Positions 9,125 to 19,201 of a DNA stretch of 64,000 nt are shown here, piece after piece. The stretch lies in NCBI GenBank assembly GCA_964566055.1, contig CAZMHI010000020.1, forward strand, positions 4,139 through 68,138, given 5' to 3'. The position numbers and the translations under genes are program-made. This DNA comes from an uncultured Rhodospirillaceae bacterium. GTDB lineage: Bacteria > Pseudomonadota > Alphaproteobacteria > Rhodospirillales > UBA2165. Each line of letters begins with the position of its first letter. Position 1 is the first letter of the stretch. Under the pieces are notes generated by a model. The model was not told where the DNA came from. It saw only the letters and a program-made list of their open reading frames with translations, and did not search any database.

Positions 9125-11164
9125 CGCTCTCCCCCTTCTATCTGAGAAAAGTCTGCGACTTGGTTCATGGTCGTCCGAATTTGGGACAGTAATCTAAGCC
9201 GGTTTACACGAAGCGTTGCCTCTTCGCAATTGACCGTAACCTCATCAAAAAAGGCATCGACGGGCGCGCGAAGGGACGCCAGTCCGGCCATTGCTTTGGA
9301 ATAGTTCTCAGCCGCAAGATTCTGGGAAATATCATCAATGATCGCGGTCAGGACTTTATGCAGCTCCTGCTCTTCTTTCTGCTCGAGCACTTTGGCATCG
9401 GCGGCGGCGTCATAGCTGGTCTTATCTTTTTTCTCTTCGATTCGCAGGATATTAGCCGCGCGCTTGTAAGCCGTCAGCAAATTCGCTCCATCTTCGGTGT
9501 CTAAGAACGTGCCCAGCGCCTCAACGCGAGCCAGCAAACGAACCAGATCATCTTCATTACCGAGCGCAAAAACAGCTGAGATGAGATCGTGCCTGATACC
9601 TTTTTCTTTGAGATGGACTTTCAATCGGTCGGCGAAGAAGGAGAGGAGGTCCATCAGTTCATCTTTTTCCGACATATATTGACCAGCAGTCCAAGAACTT
9701 CTGAATGGATTGAGAAGCGGCATTCTAATATTATTCTCGATCACCAATCGGATCACACCCAAGGCTGCCCTTCTCAAAGCATAGGGGTCTTTCGAGCCGG
9801 TCGGTTTTTCATCAATCGCCCAAAATCCCACCAGCGTATCGATCTTATCCGCCAGAGCGACGGTGACACTGACGGGTGCGGTGGGGCAATCATCCGAAGG
9901 ACCTTGTGGTGAGTAATGCTCGGCGATGGCATCGGCGACGTCCGGGCTCTCACCATCATTGAGCGCGTAATAGCGGCCCATGGTGCCTTGCAAATCGGGA
10001 AACTCTATAACCATGCCGGAAACCAGGTCCGCCTTGGAAAGACTGACTGCGGAACGCACATGATCTTTATCGGCGCCAACCACATCGGCGAGATCCGCTG
10101 CCAAGGCTTCAACCCGGTCAATTTTTTCGGCAAGTGAGCCCAACTTGGCGTGGAAAGTAATTTCTTCCAACAGCGGCGTGCGGAAGGCCAGCGTCTGTTT
10201 GCGGTCCTGATCCCAGAAGAATTTTGCATCGGCCAAACGTGCCCTAAGAACCCGCTCGTTGCCCGCAACAATCGCCGCACCGCCGTCAGGCGTTTCTTTA
10301 TTGGCAACGAGGATAAACTTCGGCGCGAGCTTGCCTTTGGAGTCTTCGAGCGCGAAATATTTCTGGTTCTTGCGCATGGTCGTGGTCAGCACTTCCGGCG
10401 GCACTTCCATGAACTCATCATCTATGGAGCCCATCAAGGCGACTGGCCATTCAACCAGCCCAGCAACTTCATCCAAAAGCGCTGGATCATCAATCATCTT
10501 AAGCCCGGCTTTGGCCGCCAGAGCATCGGCATCACCTTTGATCGCCGCCCGGCGCTCCAGGGGATCGATCAGCACATGACCTGTTTCGAGAGACTTTTTG
10601 TAGCTTTGAAAATCAGTAATACCGGTTATTGGGGCAGAGCTTAAAAAACGATGTCCAAAAGTTATCGCACCTGAGTCAATTCCGGCAAATGGGATTAATG
10701 ACACGGGTTCCTTATTAAAAATACAAAGCAAAGATTGTATCGGCCTTACCCAACGTTCAGCATGGTCAGCCCAGCGCATAGATTTTGGCCACGGCAATTC
10801 ATTTAAAGCATTTTCAATTGAGTCTTGAATGACTCTCGTTGCTGGTCGCGGCGTGAGCAAGACCTCAAAAGAATAATATTCGCCTTTTTTATCTTCTTTT
10901 ATTTTAATATCTTCGTGGTCAATGCTGTCACGAGCTACCTTTCGCAAAACCTTTTTCCTCATGGGTTTCCGCATTCGTCTCGATCGGCAAGCCATCAACG
11001 ACCAGCGTCAAACGCCGCGGCGTGACATATGTTTCCGAACTCTGGAAGTCCAATCCGGCCTCTTTCAGTCCATCACCGACCAATCGCTTGAGATCATCGG
11101 CAGCCCGCGCCTGCATCCGGGCCGGGATTTCTTCTGAGAGAATTTCGAGGAGGAGTTCAGCCAT
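9121..11164 (-). pseudogene. glyS: glycine--tRNA ligase beta subunit, reading frame interrupted (N-terminal 77 codons 11164-10928, remainder 10998-9121 in the +1 frame). Either a real frameshift or a sequence error.
   Basis: [29 protein letters not shown]...[12 protein letters not shown] is the GlyS N-terminus. The 625-aa ORF carries EDKKGEYYSF...LPWPKSMRW...FGHRF...KDPYALRRAALGVIRL, the rest of GlyS. The frames overlap at 10928-10998. It sits directly downstream of glyQ. Confidence 0.85.
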
Positions 11165-11170
11165 GAGATA

Positions 11171-11284
11171 CCCCCCACCCTAACCCTCCCCCGCAAGGAG
11201 GGAGGGAATTAGATTGAATACGTATCAACAATAGCTCCTTCCCTCCCCAATTTATTGGGCGGGGGAAGGTTGGGATGGGGAGGG
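11171..11284. repeat. C/G-tract nested palindrome repeat element, copy B
   Basis: CCCTCCC-ccgcaagga-GGGAGGG (11184-11206), CCTTCCCTCCCCA-n6-TGGGCGGGGGAAGG (11237-11269), and outer arms CCCCCCACCCTAACCCTCCCC / GGGGAAGGTTGGGATGGGGAGGG. It shares GGTGGGGG and CCCTCCC/GGGAGGG tracts with copy A. Confidence 0.7.
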
Positions 11285-11296
11285 TCTTTTTAAACA

Positions 11297-12187
11297 TCAC
11301 TCACCCTCCTCCTGCGTTTCGAGCCAGGCTTCGCAGCAGCCTTTAGACAACGCACGGACGCGGGCGATATAGGCCTGCCTCTCGGTGACGGAAATCACGC
11401 CTCTTGCATCGAGCAAATTAAAACGGTGCGAGGCCTTGATACATTGGTCATAGGCCGGCAGCGGCAGTTTGTGCTCAAGCAGGCTCATGCATTCCTGTTC
11501 GGCATCTTCAAACTCACGGGTCAGCATCTCAACATTGGCGTGTTCGAAATTATGAGCGGAAAACTCCTGCTCGGCTTGAAGATAAATATCGCCATAGGTC
11601 ACGCCCTTACCGTTCCAGTCGAGGTCGTAGACGTTCTCGACCCCTTGGATATACATGGCGAGGCGTTCAAGGCCATAGGTCAGTTCAGCAGCCACCAGTT
11701 CACAATCGATGCCGCCAACCTGCTGGAAATAGGTGAACTGGCTAACCTCCATGCCGTCACACCAAACTTCCCAGCCGAGACCCCAGGCGCCCAAGGTCGG
11801 GCTTTCCCAATCATCTTCAACAAAGCGGATATCATGCAGGTCTTTATCAATGCCGAGGGTATAGAGACTCTCGAGATAAAGCTCCTGCACATCAGCCGGG
11901 CTTGGTTTCAGGATAACCTGATACTGATAATAATGCTGGAGCCGGTTCGGATTCTCACCATAGCGCCCATCGGTAGGACGCCTGGAGGGCTGCACATAAG
12001 CCGCATTCCAAGACTTTGGACCGAGTGCACGCAAGGTCGTGGCCGGATGAAAAGTCCCTGCCCCCATCTCCATATCGTAGGGCTGCAGCAAGACACAGCC
12101 ATAGTCAGCCCAATAGGTCTGCAACTTTAGAATAAGGGATTGAAAATCCTGCCCTTTTTTCTGGCCTTTTTGAGGGCTATCCCCCAT
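11297..12187 (-). CDS. glyQ: glycine--tRNA ligase alpha subunit
   Basis: 296-aa [46 protein letters not shown] and [26 protein letters not shown] are near-invariant GlyQ sequences. Confidence 0.95.
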   Translation of the reverse strand: MGDSPQKGQKKGQDFQSLILKLQTYWADYGCVLLQPYDMEMGAGTFHPATTLRALGPKSWNAAYVQPSRRPTDGRYGENPNRLQHYYQYQVILKPSPADVQELYLESLYTLGIDKDLHDIRFVEDDWESPTLGAWGLGWEVWCDGMEVSQFTYFQQVGGIDCELVAAELTYGLERLAMYIQGVENVYDLDWNGKGVTYGDIYLQAEQEFSAHNFEHANVEMLTREFEDAEQECMSLLEHKLPLPAYDQCIKASHRFNLLDARGVISVTERQAYIARVRALSKGCCEAWLETQEEGE

Positions 12188-12278
12188 AGCAAATCCACCA
12201 ATAAATCGCTGAAATCTAGAGTGAGCGTTAGATACTTGGCAATGGCGCTTGGGTCAAGACGGCGTTTTACTGAAGTTG

Positions 12279-12656
12279 TTATCTTAATTCAATCAATTCA
12301 ATACGCACGCCATCGGGACCATCAAAGAATAGCTGCCGGGCATTTCTCGATTCCATAATATTGACCGCGTAGTCGATACCATCTTTTTCGAGGCGCGCTT
12401 TGGCTTGATCGAAATCGGCAATCTGCAGTGCAAAATGAGCAACGCCATACAAATCATCATCCGAATCGGCGCGGTGTTCTTTAGGCTGAAAAATATGCAG
12501 CACTGGAATGTCGCCGGCATACATCCATTGCAGGGGCCGGCTGGAAGATGGCGTTGGCCCGGCTTTCAGGCCAACGATATCGGTATAAAATTTAATGGTG
12601 GTTTCTAAATCCGCAGTCGCCATGGCGACATGATGCATATCGATGACATCAGACAT
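12279..12656 (-). CDS. VOC family (glyoxalase/bleomycin-resistance/dioxygenase fold) protein
   Basis: 125-aa ORF. HHVAMATADLETTIKFYTDIVGL and HFALQIADFD fit the paired beta-alpha-beta-beta-beta VOC pattern. Confidence 0.75.
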   Translation of the reverse strand: MSDVIDMHHVAMATADLETTIKFYTDIVGLKAGPTPSSSRPLQWMYAGDIPVLHIFQPKEHRADSDDDLYGVAHFALQIADFDQAKARLEKDGIDYAVNIMESRNARQLFFDGPDGVRIELIELR

Positions 12657-12664
12657 GGCAGCAC

Positions 12665-12913
12665 TTACCCCCCGGGATATGGACAGCCCTCTTTACCGCA
12701 CGATCTTGCGTCTTTGGCCGGCACAAAATCACCACAGGTTGCACATTTAACCATATCGACAGCATCTGGAACGACGGTATCGGTATCATCACCCGGCTGA
12801 TTCTGTTTGGTGAGGGACTGGCCACGGCTAAAAAATTTAAAGCCATACCAGATCGCCGCAATGATGACGACGAGAACGATTAATTTCGGTAAGCTAAATC
12901 CTAACATGGTCAA
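12665..12913 (-). CDS. small membrane protein with C-terminal Cys-rich (zinc-ribbon-like) tail
   Basis: 82-aa ORF. One N-terminal hydrophobic helix (LPKLIVLVVIIAAIWYGF) and a C-terminal CATCGDFVPAKDARSCGKEGCPY. Tightly spaced with flanking same-strand genes. Confidence 0.45.
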   Translation of the reverse strand: MTMLGFSLPKLIVLVVIIAAIWYGFKFFSRGQSLTKQNQPGDDTDTVVPDAVDMVKCATCGDFVPAKDARSCGKEGCPYPGG

Positions 12914-12970
12914 GGTTGTAGAGGGAGAAGGCTGGCCAGGTCAACCATTTACCTGGCTTTTACCTCGCTT

Positions 12971-13852
12971 TTAAAGACCAAACTTTTGCCACAGACCGCG
13001 CTCTTCAATCGCCACCAGAATTTCATCAGCAATCGAAGACATTGCACCCCTGGAAGACGGCCAATTCTTAGCCGTCATACCAAAACCAAGTTTTTGTTTG
13101 AGCCAGTTTTGGCGTTGCTCAACCGGGCGGAAGCGGACTTTGTCGCCGTAGCGCTCCTGCATAACAGCGGTAAGCTCACCAAGACCGTCGATCAATCCCA
13201 TCTCAAGAGCGCGGCGTCCCGTCCAAAAGGCACCAGTGAATACTTCGTCCTCGGAAGCTTTAAGTTTATCTTTACGGCGCTCGCGCACCATTTCCTTAAA
13301 GGCATCAAAGACATCTTGTTGCAACTCCGTCAGGCGCTCAACATCGTCAGGATTTTCCCGCAAAAACGGATCGAGAGTTGATTTCATCTCACCGGCAGTG
13401 TGAACGCGGCGCTCAACACCAAGTTTTTTAATTGCATTTTGAAAGCCAAACCCTGCCGATATGACGCCGATTGAACCGATAACTGACGAATCGTCGGCAT
13501 AAATTTCATCCGCCGCACAAGCCAGCCAATAGCCACCGGAAGCCGCAACATCTTCGGCAAAAGCAATGACCGGCACCTCATGCTCTTCCGCCAAGGCGCG
13601 AATGCGCTTACCAATGAGCGAGGATTGCACCGGTGAGCCGCCCGGTGAATTGATCGCCAAGGCGACCGCTTTAAGATTGGGCATTTTAAAAGCGGTTTCC
13701 AGGACCGTCATCAATCCCGCTGCCGATAGCCCTGAGCGGCCAATGCCGGAGCGGTCCGAAATCACACCAGAAAGCCTGACCACGGCAACTACCGGCTTCG
13801 GGTTACGAAAGCCCGGTACCCGCCATTTTTCCAAATATTTTCTAATCATCAA
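12971..13852 (-). CDS. S49 family peptidase (SppA/SohB-like signal peptide peptidase)
   Basis: 293-aa ORF. AVALAINSPGGSPVQS and DVAASGGYWLACAADEIYADDSSVIGSIGV match the S49 serine and lysine regions. Confidence 0.8.
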   Translation of the reverse strand: MMIRKYLEKWRVPGFRNPKPVVAVVRLSGVISDRSGIGRSGLSAAGLMTVLETAFKMPNLKAVALAINSPGGSPVQSSLIGKRIRALAEEHEVPVIAFAEDVAASGGYWLACAADEIYADDSSVIGSIGVISAGFGFQNAIKKLGVERRVHTAGEMKSTLDPFLRENPDDVERLTELQQDVFDAFKEMVRERRKDKLKASEDEVFTGAFWTGRRALEMGLIDGLGELTAVMQERYGDKVRFRPVEQRQNWLKQKLGFGMTAKNWPSSRGAMSSIADEILVAIEERGLWQKFGL

Positions 13853-13890
13853 TCTAAAGTAGGTCGAGAGACCGGGAGCCGCAAGGGTGC

Positions 13891-14622
13891 TTAGAGTTTT
13901 AGGACCGCAGCTTCGCGCAATATAGCGTGAGCCTCAGCGGTATAAGTGTCTTCTTCGGTGTGCATGACCATCCCGTCAGTTATCCGAATGTCACCCGGGA
14001 CACCTTTTCGTGCTTGCACCAGCACGCGCTTGGCACCCTCCCCCTTAACTTTTGGCCAGAGGGGAAACCCGGAAACCGCCCGGTCCTCTGCCGCCATCAA
14101 CTCAACCAACTCATCCAAGCGGTCATAGCGATGGACAAAAGTGACGCTGCCACCTTCTTTTACCATCTTGAAACAAAACCCGACCCACTCATCGAGTGCC
14201 GCTTCGCCTTCGATATTAGCGGCTGCCTTCAATGGATCGGGTGACGGATTACCGCTGCCTTTTTTATGATGAGGCGGGTTAGCCATAACATGGTCAAATG
14301 CTGCAGCCTTGAAATCGAGCAAATCAGCGCAGTGATACCCAACCTGTTTAGACAAACCGTTCAGCTGTGCAATTTCTTCCGCCAGCTCAACCAATGAGTG
14401 CTGCTGGTCCATGCCGGTAACTTGAACGTCTAGCACGCGCGTCGTCAGACACATCGCCGCCGCACCCGTACCACAGCCTACATCGAGAATGTGATCGCCG
14501 GCTTTTGCCGGGATGGCGGCTGCCAGCATTACCGGATCAATCGCTGCCCGGTAGCCGCCACCAGCTGACAGCATCGTCAACTTACCACCTAACAGCTGAT
14601 AGGAATTACTCGGGGTATTCAT
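13891..14622 (-). CDS. SAM-dependent methyltransferase, N6-adenine/N5-glutamine type (NPPH motif; TrmN6/YfiC-like)
   Basis: 243-aa ORF. ILDVGCGTGAAAM (motif I) and MANPPHH (NPPY-type motif IV variant). Confidence 0.65.
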   Translation of the reverse strand: MNTPSNSYQLLGGKLTMLSAGGGYRAAIDPVMLAAAIPAKAGDHILDVGCGTGAAAMCLTTRVLDVQVTGMDQQHSLVELAEEIAQLNGLSKQVGYHCADLLDFKAAAFDHVMANPPHHKKGSGNPSPDPLKAAANIEGEAALDEWVGFCFKMVKEGGSVTFVHRYDRLDELVELMAAEDRAVSGFPLWPKVKGEGAKRVLVQARKGVPGDIRITDGMVMHTEEDTYTAEAHAILREAAVLKL

Positions 14623-14857
14623 AGGCGCTGACGCCGCCTTCTAATTCTTCGATGCCGGCTTCAAAAATTTGCTTGGCCCGGACAAAATCATCATCAATCA
14701 CCATGACCCGCCGCCGGATCGCGTTGGCGCTGCCTTCGAGAATACTGGTATGGGCATCGAACACCATAATCTCGATACCGGCCTCGGCCAAAATGGCCGT
14801 CAGCCAGGAAATAAGTACAGGATCATTGGTGCGCAGCAGTTCTATCATAATCTTCAC
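14606..14857 (-). CDS. DUF2007-like small protein (putative signal-transducing fold)
   Basis: 83-aa ORF. LLRTNDPVLISWLTAILAEAGIEIMVFD resembles the DUF2007 family. It overlaps the downstream methyltransferase gene by 17 nt. Confidence 0.55.
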   Translation of the reverse strand: MKIMIELLRTNDPVLISWLTAILAEAGIEIMVFDAHTSILEGSANAIRRRVMVIDDDFVRAKQIFEAGIEELEGGVSAYEYPE

Positions 14858-14879
14858 ATTTTATTGTTTCATACCAATA

Positions 14880-15992
14880 ATGTACCGCTTATCCGGTCTT
14901 GACCAGGGGGGAGTTCGCCACCTATGCTTAAACAACACTAACAAATTATTCAGGCCAAAGGAATTTAAGCCCTTGGGAGTTGTCGTAAATTTAGAAAGCG
15001 GATCGGGCCGGCAAAGTCCGTCATTGGAGCCGCTTATTGAACTTACTGCGAATGACATCAAGGATGTTAACACGCTGATCGTTCATTCGATGGATAGCCC
15101 GGTCGCGCTCATTCCACAACTGGCCGGACATCTCGTTTCAGCCGGCGGCAAACGTCTGCGCCCGATGATGACTTTGGCATCAGCCCGCATGTGCGGCTAT
15201 AGCGGCGAACGCCATAAAGGCCTCGCCGCCTGTGTTGAGTTTATTCACACGGCAACGCTGCTGCATGATGATGTGGTCGATGAAAGCGCGCTCCGGCGCG
15301 GTGCAGCCTCAGCTAATGCGGTCTGGGGTAATCAGGCCAGCGTCTTGGTCGGTGACTTTCTGTTTTCCCGCGCCTTTGAGCTGATGGTTGCTGATGGCTC
15401 CCTGGAAGTTCTGGCGGTACTTTCCAAGGCCTCCTCGGTAATTGCCGAAGGTGAGGTGTTGCAGCTGACGACGACCAACGACACTGAAACCGGCGAAACC
15501 CAATATCTCGAAGTGATTAAATCCAAAACCGCGCAATTATTTTCGGCCGCCTGCCGCATTGGCGCATTGGTAGCTGAGCGGCCCAAGGTTGAAGAAGACG
15601 CACTTGAAACTTTTGGCATGAATCTCGGCATTACCTTTCAGCTGATTGATGACATGCTGGATTATTCCGCCAAGCAGGCTGATTTGGGTAAAACTGTCGG
15701 TGACGATTTCAAGGAAGGCAAGATCACCCTGCCGGTCATCCTGGCCTTTCGCCGCGGTGATGATGACGAGCGGGTTTTCTGGCGGCGCACGCTGGAAGAG
15801 CTAGACCAATCTGACGGCGATCTCGAACATGCCATCGAACTCATGGTTAAGCATGGCGCTTTGGAAGATACTGTCGAGCGCGCCCGGCATTATGGTGCCA
15901 TTGCCCGAGACGCCATGGGCATCTTCGAAGACGGGGCGGAGAAAAAAGCCCTCATCGACGCCATTGATTTCTGTATTCACCGGGCTTACTAA
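14880..15992 (+). CDS. ispB: polyprenyl diphosphate synthase (octaprenyl-diphosphate synthase type)
   Basis: GGKRLRPMMTL, first DDxxD motif LLHDDVVDES, second motif FQLIDDMLDY, and KEGKITLPV. The tracked ORF (from 14652) runs antisense into the DUF2007 gene, so I use the ATG at 14880. A TTG at 14973 preceded by AAGGA is an equally plausible start. Confidence 0.85.
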   Translation: MYRLSGLDQGGVRHLCLNNTNKLFRPKEFKPLGVVVNLESGSGRQSPSLEPLIELTANDIKDVNTLIVHSMDSPVALIPQLAGHLVSAGGKRLRPMMTLASARMCGYSGERHKGLAACVEFIHTATLLHDDVVDESALRRGAASANAVWGNQASVLVGDFLFSRAFELMVADGSLEVLAVLSKASSVIAEGEVLQLTTTNDTETGETQYLEVIKSKTAQLFSAACRIGALVAERPKVEEDALETFGMNLGITFQLIDDMLDYSAKQADLGKTVGDDFKEGKITLPVILAFRRGDDDERVFWRRTLEELDQSDGDLEHAIELMVKHGALEDTVERARHYGAIARDAMGIFEDGAEKKALIDAIDFCIHRAY

Positions 15993-16050
15993 AGCGTCCG
16001 GGCAACACGGAAGCCACCGCGAATATCTCACCTAAATCACAAATCCGTGT

Positions 16051-16545
16051 ATGATGTTCAGAAGAGTTATTTCGAATAATAACTCCGGAGAATGGCTGAT
16101 GCATGCAGTGGATATGTTTATTCTAATCTCTATTGGGCAGGTCGTTGGCTGGCTTGCCGCGATATATATTGATGGTGACTTTCGACCCTTACTCGGGCAC
16201 CTCGCTATTACCACGACCGGAGCCTTCTCTGGTGGCTATTTGTCGTTAAATCTTATTTCTGAATTTTCAAAATTTAATATGATATTCAGCGCATTTTTTG
16301 TCGCCTGTCTTTTGTTATATATCGCACGCTTCAGAAAATGGTCTTACGAATGGAATTCAGATACTAAACGGCATTCAAAACGCGTAATAGACCGGTCGGA
16401 TATATCTATTGGCAAACAATTGAAATCTATCATTGTTACGCTCGTTATCGTGACCTTAATATTTCTGCTTTTGGGCTGGGGAAAATCTCTTCAGATAAGG
16501 AAACTTGTGAGTGCGCCACCAAGTATAGGCACCCTGGTGAAATAG
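16051..16545 (+). CDS. hypothetical membrane protein (weak GlsB/YeaQ/YmgE-like Gly-rich helices)
   Basis: 164-aa ORF, visibly AT-richer than its neighbours. It has 3-4 hydrophobic segments ([46 protein letters not shown]). The start is uncertain (internal Met at codon 17). Confidence 0.4.
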   Translation: MMFRRVISNNNSGEWLMHAVDMFILISIGQVVGWLAAIYIDGDFRPLLGHLAITTTGAFSGGYLSLNLISEFSKFNMIFSAFFVACLLLYIARFRKWSYEWNSDTKRHSKRVIDRSDISIGKQLKSIIVTLVIVTLIFLLLGWGKSLQIRKLVSAPPSIGTLVK

Positions 16546-16589
16546 CAATTTTTGAAGATGGCAATAAAAAACCGCACTCATCGTCGCTA

Positions 16590-16618
16590 TTGATTTCTAT
16601 ACTCGTAGAGCCTATTAA
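16590..16618 (+). promoter_or_regulatory. candidate sigma70-type promoter for tRNA-Pro
   Basis: TTGATT (16590-16595), a 17-nt spacer, then TATTAA (16613-16618). The -10 element ends 16 nt upstream of the mature tRNA 5' end. Confidence 0.4.
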
Positions 16619-16634
16619 AGCGGTCCAAATAAGT

Positions 16635-16711
16635 CGGGAAGTGGCGCAGCCTGGTAGCGCACGTCGTTCGGGACGACGGGGTCGGAGGTTCGAATCCTCT
16701 CTTCCCGACCA
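16635..16711 (+). tRNA. tRNA-Pro (anticodon CGG)
   Basis: 77 nt. Acceptor CGGGAAG/CTTCCCG, D arm GCGC-AGCCTGGTA-GCGC, anticodon arm CGTCG-TTCGGGA-CGACG, T arm GGAGG-TTCGAAT-CCTCT, discriminator A and encoded CCA. Confidence 0.95.
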
Positions 16712-16720
16712 TTTTTTCCT

Positions 16721-18271
16721 TTAAAGCCCAAACACCACCGGCGCCAGCAGGAACATGGCGCCGAAACTGACAATGATGGCGATGATATTAAGCCAGAAGC
16801 CGGCCCGCACCATATCGCCGAGCCGCATTCCCTCGTAGGAAAAGACAATGGCGTTTGGTGGTGTCGCCACTGGCATCATGAAAGCCATCGAGGCCCCTAA
16901 GGCAACCGGAATCGCCAGCATGCGGGGGTCAAGGCCGAGCCCTACGGCCACCGCACCTAGGATAGGCAGGAACGTTGCCGTCGAAGCGGTATTAGAAGTA
17001 ATTTCGGTGAGATAAACAATCGCTACTGTGACAATGAAGACCAATACCCAGGTACTGACCTCGAAGCCTGAAACCTGCCCGCCAATCCAATGGGCAAGAC
17101 CGGTGCTTTTAAATCCACTAGCTAGCGCCAAGCCGCCACCGAACAGCAGCAAGACACCCCAAGGGACATTACGGGCAGCTTCCCAATCCAATGCAAAATA
17201 ACCTTTCTCTCGGGAGATCGGCCAAGCGAATAATACACTGGCGGCAATGAGCGCAATCGCCGTGTCATTAATTGGCAGACCGGTCATACCGGCAAGTTGT
17301 TTGCGGAAAATCCAACCGAACGCAGCGCACGCAAATACTATCGCCACCGATCTCTCGCCTTTAGACATGCCACCAAGGGCAGCGAGCTCGTCTTTGATGA
17401 TACCCCCGGCATCACCAATATTCAGCTCACGGACCGGAAAAATCACCCGCGTCAGCAACAGCCAGGCAATCGGCAGCATAACTAAGACCACCGGGACTCC
17501 CAACTGCATCCAGGTGAAAAAGTCGATTTGAATCTTGTAAGTGCTTTGCAGGAAACTCGCGAGCAAGGCGTTGGGTGGAGTGCCGATTAGCGTGCCAACG
17601 CCACCAATCGAGGCTGAATAGGCAATCCCCAGCATCAAGGCAACGCCGAAATTGCGGACCACGGCCTTATCCTCTGTTTTCTGCGAAATGAACTCGATGA
17701 CTGAGAGTCCGACCGCAAACATCATAACGGTCGTCGCCGTGTTGGAAATCCACATTGATAGAAATGCCGTCGCCGCCATAAAGCCGACAATTATGCCGCC
17801 CGGACCTGTGCCAACGATACTTACAATTTTGAGGGCAATACGTTTGTGCAATCCCCAGCGCTGCATCGCCGCCGCCAGCAAAAAACCACCGAGAAAGAGG
17901 AATATCAGTGTATGGCCGTAATTCGCCGCCACCGGTTTCATTTTGGCGATACCTAATAAAGGCATCATCGGGATCGGCAGGAGCGCGGTTGCCGGAATTG
18001 GTACAGCCTCTCCGAGCCACCAGATTACCATCCAAACCGCGAGCGCCACGAGCCGCCATGCCTCCAGTTTCATTTCTGCGGGAGCCGGCAGCAAAAGGAT
18101 AAGTATAGCCAGTGCTGGACCTGCGATCAGGGCAATTAGTCGTTTACTGGAAAGGGGCCCGTCGGGTCCGGGGCCCTCACCGCTACCCAACACGGCGTAC
18201 TCCTCCTCAACGGCATTCTGACCATCATCACGATCTTGCGGCATTGCACGAACTCCACCAGCCAAGATCAT
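16721..18271 (-). CDS. SLC13/DASS family anion (sulfate/di-tricarboxylate):sodium symporter
   Basis: 516-aa polytopic ORF with the duplicated SNTAT/SNTAS hairpin motifs ([11 protein letters not shown] and [15 protein letters not shown]) typical of DASS permeases. The start is uncertain (alternative Met at codon 10). Confidence 0.8.
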   Translation of the reverse strand: MILAGGVRAMPQDRDDGQNAVEEEYAVLGSGEGPGPDGPLSSKRLIALIAGPALAILILLLPAPAEMKLEAWRLVALAVWMVIWWLGEAVPIPATALLPIPMMPLLGIAKMKPVAANYGHTLIFLFLGGFLLAAAMQRWGLHKRIALKIVSIVGTGPGGIIVGFMAATAFLSMWISNTATTVMMFAVGLSVIEFISQKTEDKAVVRNFGVALMLGIAYSASIGGVGTLIGTPPNALLASFLQSTYKIQIDFFTWMQLGVPVVLVMLPIAWLLLTRVIFPVRELNIGDAGGIIKDELAALGGMSKGERSVAIVFACAAFGWIFRKQLAGMTGLPINDTAIALIAASVLFAWPISREKGYFALDWEAARNVPWGVLLLFGGGLALASGFKSTGLAHWIGGQVSGFEVSTWVLVFIVTVAIVYLTEITSNTASTATFLPILGAVAVGLGLDPRMLAIPVALGASMAFMMPVATPPNAIVFSYEGMRLGDMVRAGFWLNIIAIIVSFGAMFLLAPVVFGL

Positions 18272-18424
18272 TTACAGCAGCTTTCAACATATTCATTTCC
18301 CCCTATCCCTGGCCATCACTCTTAACATGGGATTTTGTCTTAAGCCAATGCGAGAATATGAGCTAGACGAATACTGGTACGCCCGGCACTATGGCGAACG
18401 TAATATCAACTCGTAAGTTCGCTG

Positions 18425-19201
18425 ATGCCGTCAACTGAAACCCTGCTGATTATCACCGTGACGTTTTTAATATCCGGCTCCGTTAAGGGCGTGATCGGGC
18501 TCGGGCTGCCGTCGGTGTCCCTGGCTTTGCTGACGGCAACCCTGGGCCTCAAAGACGCCATGGCGATTATCATCATCCCAACTTTCTGCACCAATGTTCT
18601 GCAAGGTCTGGTCGGCGGATATTTTAAGTTCGTCACTAAAAAGTTTGCCTCGATGATGATTATGGCGGCGATCGGCACCTGGTTTGCTGCTGGTATTTTG
18701 GCGAAATCTGAAGCGGCTTTATTGTCCGGTCTATTGGGTCTTTCGATCTGTTCTTACGCCGGTGTCTCTTTATTCACGCCGCAAATTCCCCCTCCCGGCA
18801 AACATGAGAGCTGGTTATCGCCGATTGTTGGTATCTTCAGCGGATTTCTGACCGGCCTCACCGGCTCGTTTATCATGCCGGGTGTGGTTTATATGCAGGC
18901 GGTTGGAATGGCGCGGGATACGCTTATTCAGGCCATGGGTGTCGTTTTCACTGCCGCCACCATTGGTCTCGCTGTGGCGCTTGGCGGACATGATTTGCTG
19001 CCACTTGAAACCGTGATCCTCTCAACGATCGCCTTGGCCCCTGCCTTTGCCGGTATGTGGTTCGGCCAGAAAATCAGAAAACGTATCCCCGAAGCTCAAT
19101 TCCGCCGGGTGTTTTTCATTGGCCTGGCCTTGCTCGGTATTTACATTATTGTCCGCGCTTTGCTGCGTGATGAAGTCCGTCAGTTCCTGGGGCTAATATA
19201 A
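18425..19201 (+). CDS. TauE/SafE family sulfite/anion exporter
   Basis: 258-aa ORF with about 8 hydrophobic helices. SGSVKGVIGLGLPSVSL and GFLTGLTGSFIMPGVVYM match the repeated TauE GxGGG-like motifs. Confidence 0.8.
   Translation: MPSTETLLIITVTFLISGSVKGVIGLGLPSVSLALLTATLGLKDAMAIIIIPTFCTNVLQGLVGGYFKFVTKKFASMMIMAAIGTWFAAGILAKSEAALLSGLLGLSICSYAGVSLFTPQIPPPGKHESWLSPIVGIFSGFLTGLTGSFIMPGVVYMQAVGMARDTLIQAMGVVFTAATIGLAVALGGHDLLPLETVILSTIALAPAFAGMWFGQKIRKRIPEAQFRRVFFIGLALLGIYIIVRALLRDEVRQFLGLI

Noticed and set aside
11426-12130. Long antisense ORFs opposite well-supported genes. Examples: 11426-12130 opposite glyQ, 27976-28635 opposite lipB, 52558-53394 across iorA/iorB/GST, 57089-57733 and 57755-58297 opposite asmA, 7112-7744 opposite ppdK, 22030-22566 opposite maeB.
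   Set aside because: Their translations are low-complexity or Arg/Ser/Pro-rich with no family motifs. Each lies entirely inside a gene with strong homology on the other strand. They are typical shadow ORFs.
14652-14879. N-terminal extension of the ispB ORF (446 aa as tracked)
   Set aside because: It runs antisense through the DUF2007 gene and has no polyprenyl synthase homology. The family-like sequence begins well downstream (ATG 14880 or TTG 14973).
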